Source: Patescibacteria group bacterium (GTDB taxonomy: Bacteria > Patescibacteriota > Microgenomatia > UBA10105 > UBA927). Taken from it: a stretch of DNA of 64,000 nt. A model generated the notes under the pieces. The model saw nothing but the letters and a program-made list of their open reading frames with translations. It searched no databases and was not told where the DNA came from. The stretch lies in NCBI GenBank assembly GCA_023379025.1, contig JAMCTH010000003.1, forward strand, positions 103,362-167,361, written 5' to 3'. This document shows, one piece after another, positions 45,867-56,504 of the stretch (its first letter is position 1; each line of letters begins with the position of its first letter). A program made the position numbers and the translations under genes.

Positions 45867-47042
45867 ATGCGCTACCCCATATACATTCTCTCCATCCTGG
45901 CCGGGCTCCTGGCAGGACTTCTCCTGGGCATACTCGGACTGCGTATCGCCGGCGGCACCGGACCGGAAAGCGCGGTATTTCTTTCGCCGCTCGGCAGTCT
46001 TTTCGGCAAACGGGAGGTGATCGGGTTCATGCCGTACTGGCTCCTTTCCAAGGAGACGCCCGGGGTCACGGCGGACCTTACCACTCTTGCCTACTTCGGG
46101 GTAAGTATCGACGCGGACGGGTCGATCCTGAAACTGACCAGTCCGGTTGAGGCGGAACCCGGATGGCACGCGCTTAGGACCGGGATACCGGATCCTTTTT
46201 TCCGGACGGCAAAACAGTCGGGAGATACGCTTTCGCTGGTTGCATTCAGCGGGGACAAAGAAACAATCGACCGGCTGATGGACGACCCGGAAGGACACGC
46301 AAAGACACTTGCCGGAGCGGTTGTCCCCGTGATGCAACAATACGGCATGACGGATCTCAACCTCGATATCGAACGGGTCGGAGAAGCCTCGGCGGACGGA
46401 CAACTTCGCTTTACCCGCTTCGTCCGGAGCTTCCGTGACGCGCTGACCAAACAGCATCCGTTTTCGCTTTCCATAGACGTCACCGCGACGGATTTTGTAA
46501 AACACGATCTTATAGACCCCGTCGCCATATCACCGCTTGTAGACCGGATTATCATCATGGCCTATGATTTCCACTATACCGGCTCAGCCGTCACCGGTCC
46601 GGTCGCCCCGCTCTCCGGCGGCGGGCAGACGTACGAATACGACACCCAAACTGCGGTCCGCTTGGCGGTAAAAAACATTCCGGGCCAAAAAATCATCCTC
46701 GGTCTGCCTCTCTATGGATATGAGTGGGAAACCGTTTCCGATATCCCTCACGCTGCCGTCATTCCCGGGACCGGCATCGTCGCAAGTAACCGGCGGGCGG
46801 AAACGCTCCTTTCCTCATGTGCAAGCTGCAGCGCCGAGTGGGATGCGGAGGCAGCAGAGCCGTTTATCTCGTTCCGGGATGCGGCAACCGGAAGTTACCA
46901 CTGGATCGCCTATCCGGATGCACGCGCGGTACAGGCAAAACTGGATTTTGCTGCGGCTGAACACCTTGGCGGAGTGGCCCTTTGGGCACTCGGATATGAA
47001 AGTCCGGGTCTTTTAACTCCGCTGCCCGGCTATAAGCGCTAG
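45867..47042 (+). CDS. GH18-family glycoside hydrolase (chitinase-like)
   Basis: 391 aa. N-terminal TM, GH18 catalytic motif DLNLDIE (DxxDxDxE), MAYDFHY and LGLPLYGYEW. Confidence 0.75.
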   Translation: MRYPIYILSILAGLLAGLLLGILGLRIAGGTGPESAVFLSPLGSLFGKREVIGFMPYWLLSKETPGVTADLTTLAYFGVSIDADGSILKLTSPVEAEPGWHALRTGIPDPFFRTAKQSGDTLSLVAFSGDKETIDRLMDDPEGHAKTLAGAVVPVMQQYGMTDLNLDIERVGEASADGQLRFTRFVRSFRDALTKQHPFSLSIDVTATDFVKHDLIDPVAISPLVDRIIIMAYDFHYTGSAVTGPVAPLSGGGQTYEYDTQTAVRLAVKNIPGQKIILGLPLYGYEWETVSDIPHAAVIPGTGIVASNRRAETLLSSCASCSAEWDAEAAEPFISFRDAATGSYHWIAYPDARAVQAKLDFAAAEHLGGVALWALGYESPGLLTPLPGYKR

Positions 47043-47713
47043 CGCGTGAGAACGACTGTCCTTGATGCGTCGTCATAGATGAGTCCGCGTCCCCGGGAAA
47101 GCCCGATAATCTTCGTAGTATATGTCCTGTCATTGTATGCTGCCGTGACGTTTCCTTCATTGACGAACAGGCTGATTTCCGGACGCAGTGTGTCAGCGGA
47201 TACCGTAAGGGAACAGTCTTTACAGGCCGACAGAAGTCCCATGGATCGTATACTGACCGTTGAGTTTCCGTGATTGCCGGCCGAAAGCATCCCCGTGGTT
47301 ATCAAAAAAACCATGCTCGCCGGCAGCGTCTGGATGACCGAGATATCGGTCTTGGACATAAGCGTCAGCGTCACGTCGTCGGGAAACGTGACCGTTACGT
47401 TCCCGTCATCGCCCGTCACGAGTCTCCCGCCCTGGACGACGGGAACGGCCTCATGGATTTTTGATGCGGCGGTTGCTGTCCGCGACTCCCATGAAAGCGT
47501 CCCCGAAAACGTCGCGATCGTTCCCGTGAGTGTCCGGCTTGGCGGGGTATCCAAAGAAAAGGTTCCGGGAGTCGGAGACGGGGTCGCCGTATATATCGTG
47601 ATGGGGCCGGCAGCTCTGCTGTCTACCTTCCGGATATATGCGTATACCGCGACAGCTCCGAGACCGACCGCGCATGCTGCACCGAACAAGAGCGTAAGAA
47701 CGGAATATTTCAT
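47039..47713 (-). CDS. Hypothetical Thr/Ser-rich secreted protein
   Basis: 224 aa with N-terminal TM anchor. Preferred over the overlapping plus-strand ORF because of its membrane-anchor architecture. Confidence 0.4.
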   Translation of the reverse strand: MKYSVLTLLFGAACAVGLGAVAVYAYIRKVDSRAAGPITIYTATPSPTPGTFSLDTPPSRTLTGTIATFSGTLSWESRTATAASKIHEAVPVVQGGRLVTGDDGNVTVTFPDDVTLTLMSKTDISVIQTLPASMVFLITTGMLSAGNHGNSTVSIRSMGLLSACKDCSLTVSADTLRPEISLFVNEGNVTAAYNDRTYTTKIIGLSRGRGLIYDDASRTVVLTR

Positions 47714-47776
47714 ACGGGTAATGCCCCGAGTATATCAGTTTTTTTGCGATTCCGTCTTTGACAGGAAGCCATACCC

Positions 47777-48382
47777 ATGCGTACAATACGGCATATGAAT
47801 GCAAAACAGCTTACCCGCTGGAATATCGTCCTGTTTTCCCTCATTATTCCGATTCTTGCGGGCATTATCGGCGGCATGACGGTATTTGTCATCATGCAGA
47901 TCCGTGATAACGAACAGAACGCGCGGATCAGAAATTTTTACGAGGACGAAATGTCCGCGGTCGTGAGTCCCAATACGGTCAAAAAAATGATCGACGCCAA
48001 AAACACGAACTATATCCTGGTGGACCTTCGGACCAAAGCGGAATACGACAAGGAACATATCGTGACCGCGATCAACATTCCGGCACCCGGCATGACTGCC
48101 GACCAGATAGTATCGGCATTCACAAAACTACCAAAAGATAAGGAAATTATCGTGCATTGCTACAGCGCCTATTGCACGCTCGGCAGGACCGTCGGGAAAC
48201 TTCTGTCCGAGCACGGCATCTATGTCCATGAAATGGATATCGGCTGGAGTGAATGGCGGTATTTCTGGCCGCTCTGGAACCCGGGAGCAAAGGCAACAGA
48301 CGGCACAACCTACGTAACCGGCGGCACGTCAACCTCTTCCGCTCTCCCCCAACCCTGTACCGCGGGTGCATTCGGCTGCTGA
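47777..48382 (+). CDS. Rhodanese-domain sulfurtransferase, membrane-anchored
   Basis: 201 aa. TM helix then a rhodanese fold with active-site loop VHCYSAYC. Confidence 0.75.
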   Translation: MRTIRHMNAKQLTRWNIVLFSLIIPILAGIIGGMTVFVIMQIRDNEQNARIRNFYEDEMSAVVSPNTVKKMIDAKNTNYILVDLRTKAEYDKEHIVTAINIPAPGMTADQIVSAFTKLPKDKEIIVHCYSAYCTLGRTVGKLLSEHGIYVHEMDIGWSEWRYFWPLWNPGAKATDGTTYVTGGTSTSSALPQPCTAGAFGC

Positions 48383-48642
48383 CTTCGTCACCTATCGCTC
48401 AATGCGGGATCGGGTGCGGGAAAGCTCACATTGGAGCTTTCATGGTAGACGGAAGCTCATTCTCCAGCAGTGATTTCAGCTTCTGAAGCGTCTGGGCCGT
48501 GAACGGTTCCGGAAGTGATCCGCTGTCGACCCACTCGCTATAGACAAGTTCCGTCACTCCCTTTTCCGGTTCCCGGAAAACCAAAAAACATCATATATTG
48601 GTCTCTTGATCATGATGGAAAGCGTATTTGATGTCATGCGGG

Positions 48643-49527
48643 TCATATGTGTATGCCAAACAGAATCCGGACAACAAATCCGAGACCGAACGTCAGTGCG
48701 GCAACCCCAAGGCTCAATCCGGCCATCTCAAGAAACCGTTTTCGGAACGGGAGATCCTGAGCCACTGATATATAAAAAGTAAAAATAAAGATAATTACCA
48801 AAGCCAGGACCAGCGACGCGGCCAACGCACTGAATACATTCGAAGCGACAAAAAACGGTGAGATGAGAATAAGTACGGTAATAAGATACATAACTCCCGT
48901 ATAAAATGCCGCTTTGGCCGGATCTTTTGTGTCTCCTTCGGAACGGGTGGAAAGATATTCCGATGCTGCCATGGAAAGCGACGCCGCGACACCGCTGATA
49001 AATCCGGTTACGGCGATGAGCTGCATATGCTGGAGCGCGAGTGTCAGCCCCGCAAGCACACCCGTCAGCTCGACCAGCGCATCATTCAGGCCCAGTACCA
49101 TGGAACTTACGTACCGGAGGCGCTCTTCATCAAGAATCGCGAGAAGCTCACGCTCGTGTTTGTTTTCCTGCTCCTCGATCGCACGTGCCTCAGGAATTTC
49201 TTGACCAATCGCATGGTAATTTATCTGTGCAAGCTCTTCCCCCTTTTCCATAAGCTTGACGGCAAAGGTAAATCCGAACAGCCGGGCAAGGATGCCGCTG
49301 ATATATACTTTTATCCAATCCGGCTCAACAGAGGTGTCTGTATAACGTTGCCACGTCTCGGCATGATGCTGTTCTTCCGAGGCGATGGAATACAGAGTCT
49401 TTTGGTTTTGTTTGTTTCGGACCGAGGCTGCAAGACGGCTGTATACGTAATATTCCGTAATCTCATTACGCTGGGCTTTCAGGAGCTCTGTTTTTACAGC
49501 ATGGGGCAGTGAAGCATGTTTCTCCAT
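48643..49527 (-). CDS. Ferritin-like domain fused to VIT1/CCC1 iron/manganese transporter
   Basis: 294 aa. N-terminal rubrerythrin/ferritin-like E..H pairs (EEQHHAETW, EQENKHERE), C-terminal VIT1 TM domain. Confidence 0.8.
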   Translation of the reverse strand: MEKHASLPHAVKTELLKAQRNEITEYYVYSRLAASVRNKQNQKTLYSIASEEQHHAETWQRYTDTSVEPDWIKVYISGILARLFGFTFAVKLMEKGEELAQINYHAIGQEIPEARAIEEQENKHERELLAILDEERLRYVSSMVLGLNDALVELTGVLAGLTLALQHMQLIAVTGFISGVAASLSMAASEYLSTRSEGDTKDPAKAAFYTGVMYLITVLILISPFFVASNVFSALAASLVLALVIIFIFTFYISVAQDLPFRKRFLEMAGLSLGVAALTFGLGFVVRILFGIHI

Positions 49528-49565
49528 AGATGAGGCAATTGTAACACCAACGAAAAGAGTCCGGC

Positions 49566-50003
49566 CTAATCCCTCAGGAATTTACTGCGCATTTCAAAGG
49601 AAAAAATCGTCGGGATATAAAACGTAATATCCGCGGCAAACTTCCCGACCACCAGCCCGAGAGAGAGATTATGAAGAAGTTTGGGGAATAGGTACATCGT
49701 AAACGGGCGTATGATAAAGCCGTCCAGATACTCCGACGGACCGAACTCAACCACCAGGTTCCGGATTGCCTTAACATACGGAACAGGACTCTTTATAGTA
49801 TGTCTCCCTTTCTGAAAATGCACCTCCCGGATCAACATGGTTCCGTAATAGAAGATATTTTCGCCCCAGGTCGCGCCGTATGCCGTGGCAACGGCATTAT
49901 GAAACAAAGCATTGGTAAGTATCCCACCGCCGAGAGCGCCGATGATGGCAAATATCTCTGACGGTACATACCGTTTCACCCAGACGATAGCCCGCTTTCT
50001 CAT
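49566..50003 (-). CDS. Hypothetical membrane protein
   Basis: 145 aa, 3-4 hydrophobic segments. No family recognised. Confidence 0.4.
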   Translation of the reverse strand: MRKRAIVWVKRYVPSEIFAIIGALGGGILTNALFHNAVATAYGATWGENIFYYGTMLIREVHFQKGRHTIKSPVPYVKAIRNLVVEFGPSEYLDGFIIRPFTMYLFPKLLHNLSLGLVVGKFAADITFYIPTIFSFEMRSKFLRD

Positions 50004-50062
50004 AGATAAAGTATACCAAAAACAGGATATCCGTACGGAGAGAACTCAGGTTCGGCTTCTCG

Positions 50063-50195
50063 AAGCCATCTCCAAACCTATTCTTCGAGCCTCTCGGCGA
50101 GAAGTCTCGAGGTAAACTTCGCGAGAAGTTCTCACGGAGTTTACCCTGAGTCTTCCCGAAGGGTTCGAACAATATCTTTTCGAGATTTGAGACAA
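50063..50195. repeat. Copy B of the approximately 130 nt intergenic element
   Basis: Matches 35693..35825 with only 2-4 substitutions over about 125 nt. Lies between two minus-strand genes. Confidence 0.7.
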
Positions 50196-50198
50196 CTT

Positions 50199-51269
50199 CT
50201 ATACTTCCGGTGGGGAGATATCTTTAGGGGACGGAAGGCTGCCGTACACCCGCTGATACGTCGTCGCGACCACGGTTTCGATAAATTCCTCGTATGTCCA
50301 GCCCAGGGCGTAGACCGACGCGAGTGTCGCATCCTGCCCGTCATAGAAATTGAGGCTGGGGTTCATATTGACGTCGACAATATAGGGGCGATCTTTGAGA
50401 TCTACCCGCACATCCATCCGCGCAATATCCCGGCATCCGAATGCTTTATATGCCTTTATGGACTCGCGCTCGATCATACGGTGGAGTTTCGGGGAAAGCC
50501 TGACCGGCGCATGGACGCGGGCATCCCAGTATTCCCACGAGTGTTTATCCCACTTGGCCTCATAGGTATAGACGGCCCAGTTGTTCTCAAAATCACCGCC
50601 GAAGCTGATCTCGCAGTATGGAAATGCGCTTATTGTCCTGCCGTTTCCGATGAGCGTTACATGGATTTCGCGGCCTTCTATATATTCTTCCGCGATGACT
50701 TCTCCGGGATAACCGGCAAAGACATCCCGCACCTGATCCTCAAGTTCACCTTTATCGATGACTACAGAATCCTGGGAAATACCGATCCCTGCGTGCTGAT
50801 GCGAGGGTTTGACGATCACCGGATAGTCCAATCCGCGTACATGCGAAACGTCCGAACGGCGGTTAAAAATCCGGAAGGGCGGCGTGCTGATCCCGAGTTT
50901 TTTCATCCGCCGCTTGATCCATGCCTTTTTCGTCGCGTAAAGAAAACACTTCATGTCATGCCCGACCTGAGCCCGGCCCAGGGTTTCGAGTTTCTGCCCG
51001 ACTTTGACATAAAGCTCCCATGTCTCATCCTCTACCAGATTGAATACCACGTCGCCGGGAGTCCGGACGGCTTTTTTCCAGTTTTTTTTCGTAACGCGGA
51101 CCTTCCGTACCGCATGACCGGTTTTTCGGAGCGCTTTTTCTATGCCTTTGGCGCACTCCATGGTGTCATCGTCATCTTCATGCGTGCCGACATAAACGAG
51201 AATAACAACGGACACCGGGCGTTCGGGGATACAAGGGATAAGTGATTTGTTTCTTGTGTGTTTCCTCAC
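50199..51269 (-). CDS. ATP-grasp enzyme, D-alanine--D-alanine ligase-like
   Basis: 356 aa. YPVIVKPSHQHAGIGIS, EEYIEGREIHV and a Ddl-like C-terminal region. Confidence 0.78.
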   Translation of the reverse strand: MRKHTRNKSLIPCIPERPVSVVILVYVGTHEDDDDTMECAKGIEKALRKTGHAVRKVRVTKKNWKKAVRTPGDVVFNLVEDETWELYVKVGQKLETLGRAQVGHDMKCFLYATKKAWIKRRMKKLGISTPPFRIFNRRSDVSHVRGLDYPVIVKPSHQHAGIGISQDSVVIDKGELEDQVRDVFAGYPGEVIAEEYIEGREIHVTLIGNGRTISAFPYCEISFGGDFENNWAVYTYEAKWDKHSWEYWDARVHAPVRLSPKLHRMIERESIKAYKAFGCRDIARMDVRVDLKDRPYIVDVNMNPSLNFYDGQDATLASVYALGWTYEEFIETVVATTYQRVYGSLPSPKDISPPEV

Positions 51270-51372
51270 CTGAAATTTCGCGGCTCCGGTAATTGGGCGG
51301 GTCTGTACGCGGGCCTACTCGATAAATGATTCGTTCATTCTCCAGTATAGCAGATCATCTCCGCTTGGAACT

Positions 51373-51687
51373 TCACTGCGTCAACAGGACGAGAACAAGC
51401 AGCATGAACACGGTCATGACGGAAAATATACCGAGTGTATGGAATAGGAGACTTACCGCTTCCTTTTTCTTTCCGTCGATATAAAGAAGTGCGGGCTTAC
51501 CGAAGAGAAGATATCCTGTGATTGCCGCCGAACAGACAAAGAGCATGAGAAGCGCTATCGGTACGAGGATCTGGCGTGTCCGGCCGATCCTGATAAGCGA
51601 GCCGTAGTACATAAAAAGTCCGACCGCCGCGATATAGAGAGCGGTGCCGAGTGCATTTACAAACGCCGATTTCTGAATCTTATTCAT
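51373..51687 (-). CDS. Small membrane protein
   Basis: 104 aa, three TM helices. Confidence 0.4.
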   Translation of the reverse strand: MNKIQKSAFVNALGTALYIAAVGLFMYYGSLIRIGRTRQILVPIALLMLFVCSAAITGYLLFGKPALLYIDGKKKEAVSLLFHTLGIFSVMTVFMLLVLVLLTQ

Positions 51688-51754
51688 TCCTCATCCATTG
51701 TATGCAGAAAAAACCGGAATATGCAACTTTTTTCCGGTCCACTCTCCGACAACC

Positions 51755-53131
51755 CTACTTTTCCTCCGCCACGACTTTTATGTTCGTCACTTCGGCAAAC
51801 CCGAACGGACCGTGCGTCCTGCCCATGCCGGATTTTTTGTATCCGCCGAACGGGTTTTCCGGATTCCAGAAACCGATTTCATTTTGTCCGATACTCCCCG
51901 CCTCTATCCGCGAGGCCATGCGGGCAAACCGCTCTTTGTCGTGTGTCAGGATATGTGCGGTCAACCCATATTCCGTATCGTTGGCGAGCCGGACCGCTTC
52001 CTCCTCATCCCTAAACGGGACAACCGGCAGCACCGGCCCGAATGTTTCCTCGCGCCATACTCTCATGTCGCGGGTCACCCCGGTGATGACGGTCGGGAGA
52101 TAATAGGCGCCCCGGAGACCCGCCGGTTTTCCGCCGCCTGTTTCTATCGCTGCGCCTTTTTTCTTCGCGTCCGCAACCTGATCTGCTAACCGGTCTACCT
52201 GCCGCGCCGCAACCAATGGCCCCACGACGGTATCCTCGTTCAGTGCGTCGCCGACTTTGAGGACCGCAACCTCCGAAACCATTTTTTTGAGAAGCGCCGG
52301 ATAGATTGATCTGTGGACAATGAGCCGTTTCATGGCGTCGCAGGCCTGACCGGCGTTTTTAAACCGCCGGTGGACGAGATAGCTGACAAGTTGGTCCGTC
52401 ACATCCATATCCTCAAACACGATAACGGGTGTCGATCCTCCGAGTTCCGTCACGATCGGGATGAATTTTTCCGCGGCAATCCGGGTGAGCTGTCGGCCGA
52501 CTTCGGTACTTCCGGTGAAGGAAATCATGTCGACGTCCTGCCGGGCAAGGAACTCTCCCGCCTTGCTTCCGCCGTAGATGACGGTAAAGACTCCGTCAGG
52601 AATATCCGATGCACGGATGAGATCATCAAGGAGTTTAGAAAAAAGCGGATCTTCGCTCGAATTTTTATAGACGATGGTGTTACCAGCGATCAGCGCCTGA
52701 CCACATTGCCATACGACATTCATAAAAGGGTAATTCCAGGGGAGGATGGCAGCGACGACTCCCCGCGGCTCGCGGTAGACGCGGTGTAATTCGGATGAGG
52801 TTTCGACCGTCACCGCCGGGGACAGGTATCGTTCCGCCATAGCAAGATATGCCTCAAAGTATTCGATCCCTCCGCGGACGTTTCCCCGCGCACTCGTAAT
52901 CGGCCGGCCGGTTTCAAGGGAAATAAGCCGGGCAATCTCCTCGGATCTTTTTTGGGAAATATCGATAAAGGATCGGAGCTTCTTTTTCCTCTCCGAAAGC
53001 GGGGTAGCGGACCAGGAGGAAAAAGTCTTCCTTGCCTTTGTTACGGAAGCAATAATATCTTTCTCCGTTGATACATTCACCGATCCGATCACTTCGAAAT
53101 TTCGTGAAGGATTGGTCGAGGTGAGTTTCAT
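51755..53131 (-). CDS. NAD(P)-dependent aldehyde dehydrogenase
   Basis: 458 aa. ILPWNYP, catalytic Glu ELGGSTP, catalytic Cys NAGQACDA, FTGSTEVG. Confidence 0.9.
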   Translation of the reverse strand: MKLTSTNPSRNFEVIGSVNVSTEKDIIASVTKARKTFSSWSATPLSERKKKLRSFIDISQKRSEEIARLISLETGRPITSARGNVRGGIEYFEAYLAMAERYLSPAVTVETSSELHRVYREPRGVVAAILPWNYPFMNVVWQCGQALIAGNTIVYKNSSEDPLFSKLLDDLIRASDIPDGVFTVIYGGSKAGEFLARQDVDMISFTGSTEVGRQLTRIAAEKFIPIVTELGGSTPVIVFEDMDVTDQLVSYLVHRRFKNAGQACDAMKRLIVHRSIYPALLKKMVSEVAVLKVGDALNEDTVVGPLVAARQVDRLADQVADAKKKGAAIETGGGKPAGLRGAYYLPTVITGVTRDMRVWREETFGPVLPVVPFRDEEEAVRLANDTEYGLTAHILTHDKERFARMASRIEAGSIGQNEIGFWNPENPFGGYKKSGMGRTHGPFGFAEVTNIKVVAEEK

Positions 53132-53168
53132 GCCCCAAGTATACCAAAGCGTAACCCCCGGGGAAAAT

Positions 53169-55271
53169 CTATCCTATCTCAAGTTTTGTCTTCCGGAGGG
53201 ACAGTGCGTTGGCAACAACGATAACCGACGACAGACTCATGAGCAGTGCGCCGAAAGCCGGCGTGAGCCGCAGCCCCCACGGGAGAAAGAGGCCGGCAGC
53301 CGCGGGAATGGCGAGAATATTATATCCGGCGGCCCAAAAAAGATTCTCAAGCATTTTACGGTAGACTTTGCGGGATAAGATGATCAGCCGCGCCAGATGT
53401 TCCGGATTGCTTTGCGTCAACACGATATCTCCGGCTTCCACCGCTACATCAGTACCCGCCCCGATCGCAACACCCGCGTTTGCCTGAGTCAGGGCCGGGG
53501 CATCATTCACCCCGTCCCCTGCCATAACGACGATATGCCCCTGATCCTGAAGTTCTTTGATATGTTTGTATTTATCCTCCGGTAAAACTTCTGCAAAAAC
53601 GGTATCGATGCCGAGCGCTTTGGCAACCGGTGCGGCGGCGGCTTGCGTATCTCCCGTCAGCATGGCCACTTTCACCCCGAGCCTGTGCAGTTCATCTACG
53701 GCTTGTCCGGATTCTTTTTTCACCTGGTCGCTCATACCGAACATCCCGATGATTTTTCGCGCTGTCGCGACAAAAACCGGGGTCTTGCCTTCCCGGGCAA
53801 ATCTATCGATGATCTCCCGGGCTTGACCGCTCATGAGTTTTTTTGTCTCCATAAGCCGCGCGTTCCCCACAAAATACTTCCTCCCCGCGACCGTACCGCT
53901 CATACCCATCCCGGCCAGATTTCGGATGTTCCCTGCCCCGGCATACCGGATATTTTTTGCTTTCAGATAGGAAACGATCGCCTGCCCGATGACATGGGAT
54001 GACTGGCTCTCAATGCCGCCGGCCGCCGAAAGCATCGCGGCTTCTGATCCGTCCAGAACTTCAACATCCGTTATGCCAAAGGCTCCGCGGGTAAGCGTCC
54101 CGGTTTTATCAAATACGACATAGGTCGCTCCTTTGACCACCTCGATCTTCGCCATATCCTTGATGAATACCCCATTTTGTACTGCCAACTTTGTCGCGAT
54201 GGTGGACACCGTCGGAATGGCAAGACCCAGGGCGTGCGGACAGGCGATAACGAGGACCGTGATGGCGAGTGTCGACGCAAACACGAACGGCTGACCGGCG
54301 ACGACGGACCAAAAAAGGAATGCCATGACGGAAACGGAAAGCGCGGAAAACGTCAGCCACCGGGCAGCACGGTCCGCCAATTTCTGCGCCGAAGGCTTCG
54401 TCTGTTTGGCCGAAGCTATAAGGGCCTGGATCTGGCCGATGGTCGAAGAAGCACCGACACGCACGAGCCTCACTTCTACCGAGCCGTCGATATTGATAGC
54501 GCCGGCGATGACCCCGGTACCCACACCTTTTTCTACCGGTTTTGACTCTCCGGTAATATGGGATTCGTTAAAATTGCCGCTTCCTTTGATAATTTTCCCG
54601 TCAGCCGGAACTTTTTCTCCGGGTTTTACGATTACTACATCTCCCTCCTTAAGGGATGAAATTTCCGATTCCCGGACGCCATGTGCGGTCTTGAGGTGTG
54701 CCTGCTTCGGCAGGAGTTTCGCGACTTCCGCCAGGGCATCACCGGCGGCTGCCCCGGATTTTGCTTCCAAAAAATGACCGAACAGAAGGACCCAGATAAG
54801 CGTCGAGATCTCGAGATAAAATTCCGTATGGAGAGACGGGAGGAATGTGGAAACTGCGGAAAAAAGATATCCTGCTCCGACGCCAAGCGAGACCAATGTC
54901 ATCATGCCGTATTGACGCATCGCGATCTCCATCCTGGCATGTTGAAAAAAAACCAAGCCGAAATAGAAAATCCCGCTAGCAATGACAAATTCAAAATAAT
55001 CCCGATAGGGAAAATCCGGTACACCGAGGTATCGAACTGCAGGAGCAGAAAAAAGAACCAAAGGAACCAGCAAGGCCGTAACCATAAAGAAGCGGCGGAG
55101 AAAGTCGCGCGCAGCTTCAGGCGTCGCCATCATGCTAGTGTGATCGTGATTCATGTGACCGTCTGCTCCGGAAGTTTTCTTCACGAGGTCCATACCACCG
55201 CACTTGGGACATTTCCCCGGTTTGTCAGAGATTATTTCCGGATGCATGGGGCAGGTGTACATTTCTTTCAT
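53169..55271 (-). CDS. copA: Heavy-metal (copper) translocating P1B-type ATPase
   Basis: 700 aa. N-terminal CPMHPE...CPKCG metal-binding domain, TM CPH motif, DKTGTLT phosphorylation site, GDGVNDAPAL. Confidence 0.92.
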   Translation of the reverse strand: MKEMYTCPMHPEIISDKPGKCPKCGGMDLVKKTSGADGHMNHDHTSMMATPEAARDFLRRFFMVTALLVPLVLFSAPAVRYLGVPDFPYRDYFEFVIASGIFYFGLVFFQHARMEIAMRQYGMMTLVSLGVGAGYLFSAVSTFLPSLHTEFYLEISTLIWVLLFGHFLEAKSGAAAGDALAEVAKLLPKQAHLKTAHGVRESEISSLKEGDVVIVKPGEKVPADGKIIKGSGNFNESHITGESKPVEKGVGTGVIAGAINIDGSVEVRLVRVGASSTIGQIQALIASAKQTKPSAQKLADRAARWLTFSALSVSVMAFLFWSVVAGQPFVFASTLAITVLVIACPHALGLAIPTVSTIATKLAVQNGVFIKDMAKIEVVKGATYVVFDKTGTLTRGAFGITDVEVLDGSEAAMLSAAGGIESQSSHVIGQAIVSYLKAKNIRYAGAGNIRNLAGMGMSGTVAGRKYFVGNARLMETKKLMSGQAREIIDRFAREGKTPVFVATARKIIGMFGMSDQVKKESGQAVDELHRLGVKVAMLTGDTQAAAAPVAKALGIDTVFAEVLPEDKYKHIKELQDQGHIVVMAGDGVNDAPALTQANAGVAIGAGTDVAVEAGDIVLTQSNPEHLARLIILSRKVYRKMLENLFWAAGYNILAIPAAAGLFLPWGLRLTPAFGALLMSLSSVIVVANALSLRKTKLEIG

Positions 55272-55319
55272 AGGGTGGTTACTCCCGTAATTTCAGTATA
55301 CCAATGGTGTCAATGAGCT

Positions 55320-56504
55320 TTATGTCCCGCAGGCTGAACCCGAACCGGAACGCCAGGGCAGCTCACCGACGTTGGCGGCGATCGTTGCCGCGCCTTTGCC
55401 GCTTGAGTACGTCTCGCCCATCACTTCTTTGGCATCGACGTTTTTCCACGCTACTCCCCGACGCGCAAAATAGACCGCAGTCGTCACGTACGTATCCGGA
55501 AACCAAAACGAGTTAAACCCAAGGAGGTACTTGTAGATGTCCGCATCGTCCATATGGTTTGCCACCATGAGTTCGATAAGGGCAAGCGCCGCCATGCCAT
55601 GGTTGCAATCGGGGAAATACGTCGGGTTTCCGCAGCAGGGCCGGTAGACGGTTTTTGCGATGGCCGCAACCTTTTCCTGCTCCGCCTCCGACAAATTCAG
55701 GATATTGTTGCTGTTGAGATATCGGAGTGCATTCCCCCGCCCGAGCGTCCAACCGCCGGTCGAGGCGAAATTACCGGCTTCAGCCTTATACTCCGTTCCC
55801 ATCGGTCCGTCGGTATACACGGGACTTTGTTGTGCCAGTCCCAATGCCCAAAGCATATCGACGACAAACTGCGCGTTTGACCGGTTGATCGTAACGGATT
55901 GATCCGAGTGATCCGACAGAATGGACGTCTCCCCGGATGTAGGCTTAACGGCAGCCTGAAATGCGTCAGGGTCTATGACCCCAAGAGATACAAGGGTCGG
56001 ACCGATATCTCCCCAGGATACGGGAAGGGTCACGCCTTTTGCGGGCAGGACGTCTGCCGTTATGCCGGAAAGATCCAGAAGTTTTCCTCCGGCCTTCTTC
56101 CATGCCGCCATCCCTCCGGCCAGTTCGCGTACATTGGTATATCCAAGCTTTTTCATCGTTTCGAGAGCCTCTCCGCTCATCCTGCCGCTCCGGCAATAGA
56201 GGATGACCGGCGTATGTTTATCTTTCGGCAGACTGGAAGAATAAGCGACCACCTGATCGTAGGGTATAAACGTATCGGTGCCGGGTATTTCGCCTTCATA
56301 CGGTGTATGGACATTGATGAGGACAAAATTTTTGGTCTTCATAAGGGTTTTGAGAGCCGAAGCGGAGACTTCCTCCGGATTCGGACGGAGGAACGAAAGG
56401 ATTGCCCCGGTTCCTCCCATCCTGTCCGCATTCACGCCTGCCGCAAAGCTGCCCAGAATAAGTAGCACGATCAGAATATACCGCAGCACGACGGTTGTTT
56501 TCAT
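55320..56504 (-). CDS. Secreted rhodanese domain fused to a Cys-rich domain of unknown function
   Basis: 394 aa. Signal/TM, rhodanese loop ILYCRSGRMSG, C-terminal about 230 aa containing CCGNPTYFPDCNHG. Confidence 0.6.
   Translation of the reverse strand: MKTTVVLRYILIVLLILGSFAAGVNADRMGGTGAILSFLRPNPEEVSASALKTLMKTKNFVLINVHTPYEGEIPGTDTFIPYDQVVAYSSSLPKDKHTPVILYCRSGRMSGEALETMKKLGYTNVRELAGGMAAWKKAGGKLLDLSGITADVLPAKGVTLPVSWGDIGPTLVSLGVIDPDAFQAAVKPTSGETSILSDHSDQSVTINRSNAQFVVDMLWALGLAQQSPVYTDGPMGTEYKAEAGNFASTGGWTLGRGNALRYLNSNNILNLSEAEQEKVAAIAKTVYRPCCGNPTYFPDCNHGMAALALIELMVANHMDDADIYKYLLGFNSFWFPDTYVTTAVYFARRGVAWKNVDAKEVMGETYSSGKGAATIAANVGELPWRSGSGSACGT

Noticed and set aside
45140-46150. 336 aa plus-strand ORF, and the 237 aa minus-strand ORF at 45792..46505
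   Set aside because: Antisense to the GT2 and GH18 genes respectively. Both real genes carry clear catalytic motifs.
47274-47798. 174 aa plus-strand ORF overlapping 47039..47713
   Set aside because: The minus-strand alternative has an N-terminal membrane anchor followed by a coherent T/S-rich domain. The plus frame is less protein-like, but the choice remains low-confidence.
50187-51245. 352 aa plus-strand ORF
   Set aside because: The mirror-image minus-strand ORF carries ATP-grasp/Ddl motifs. The plus frame has none.
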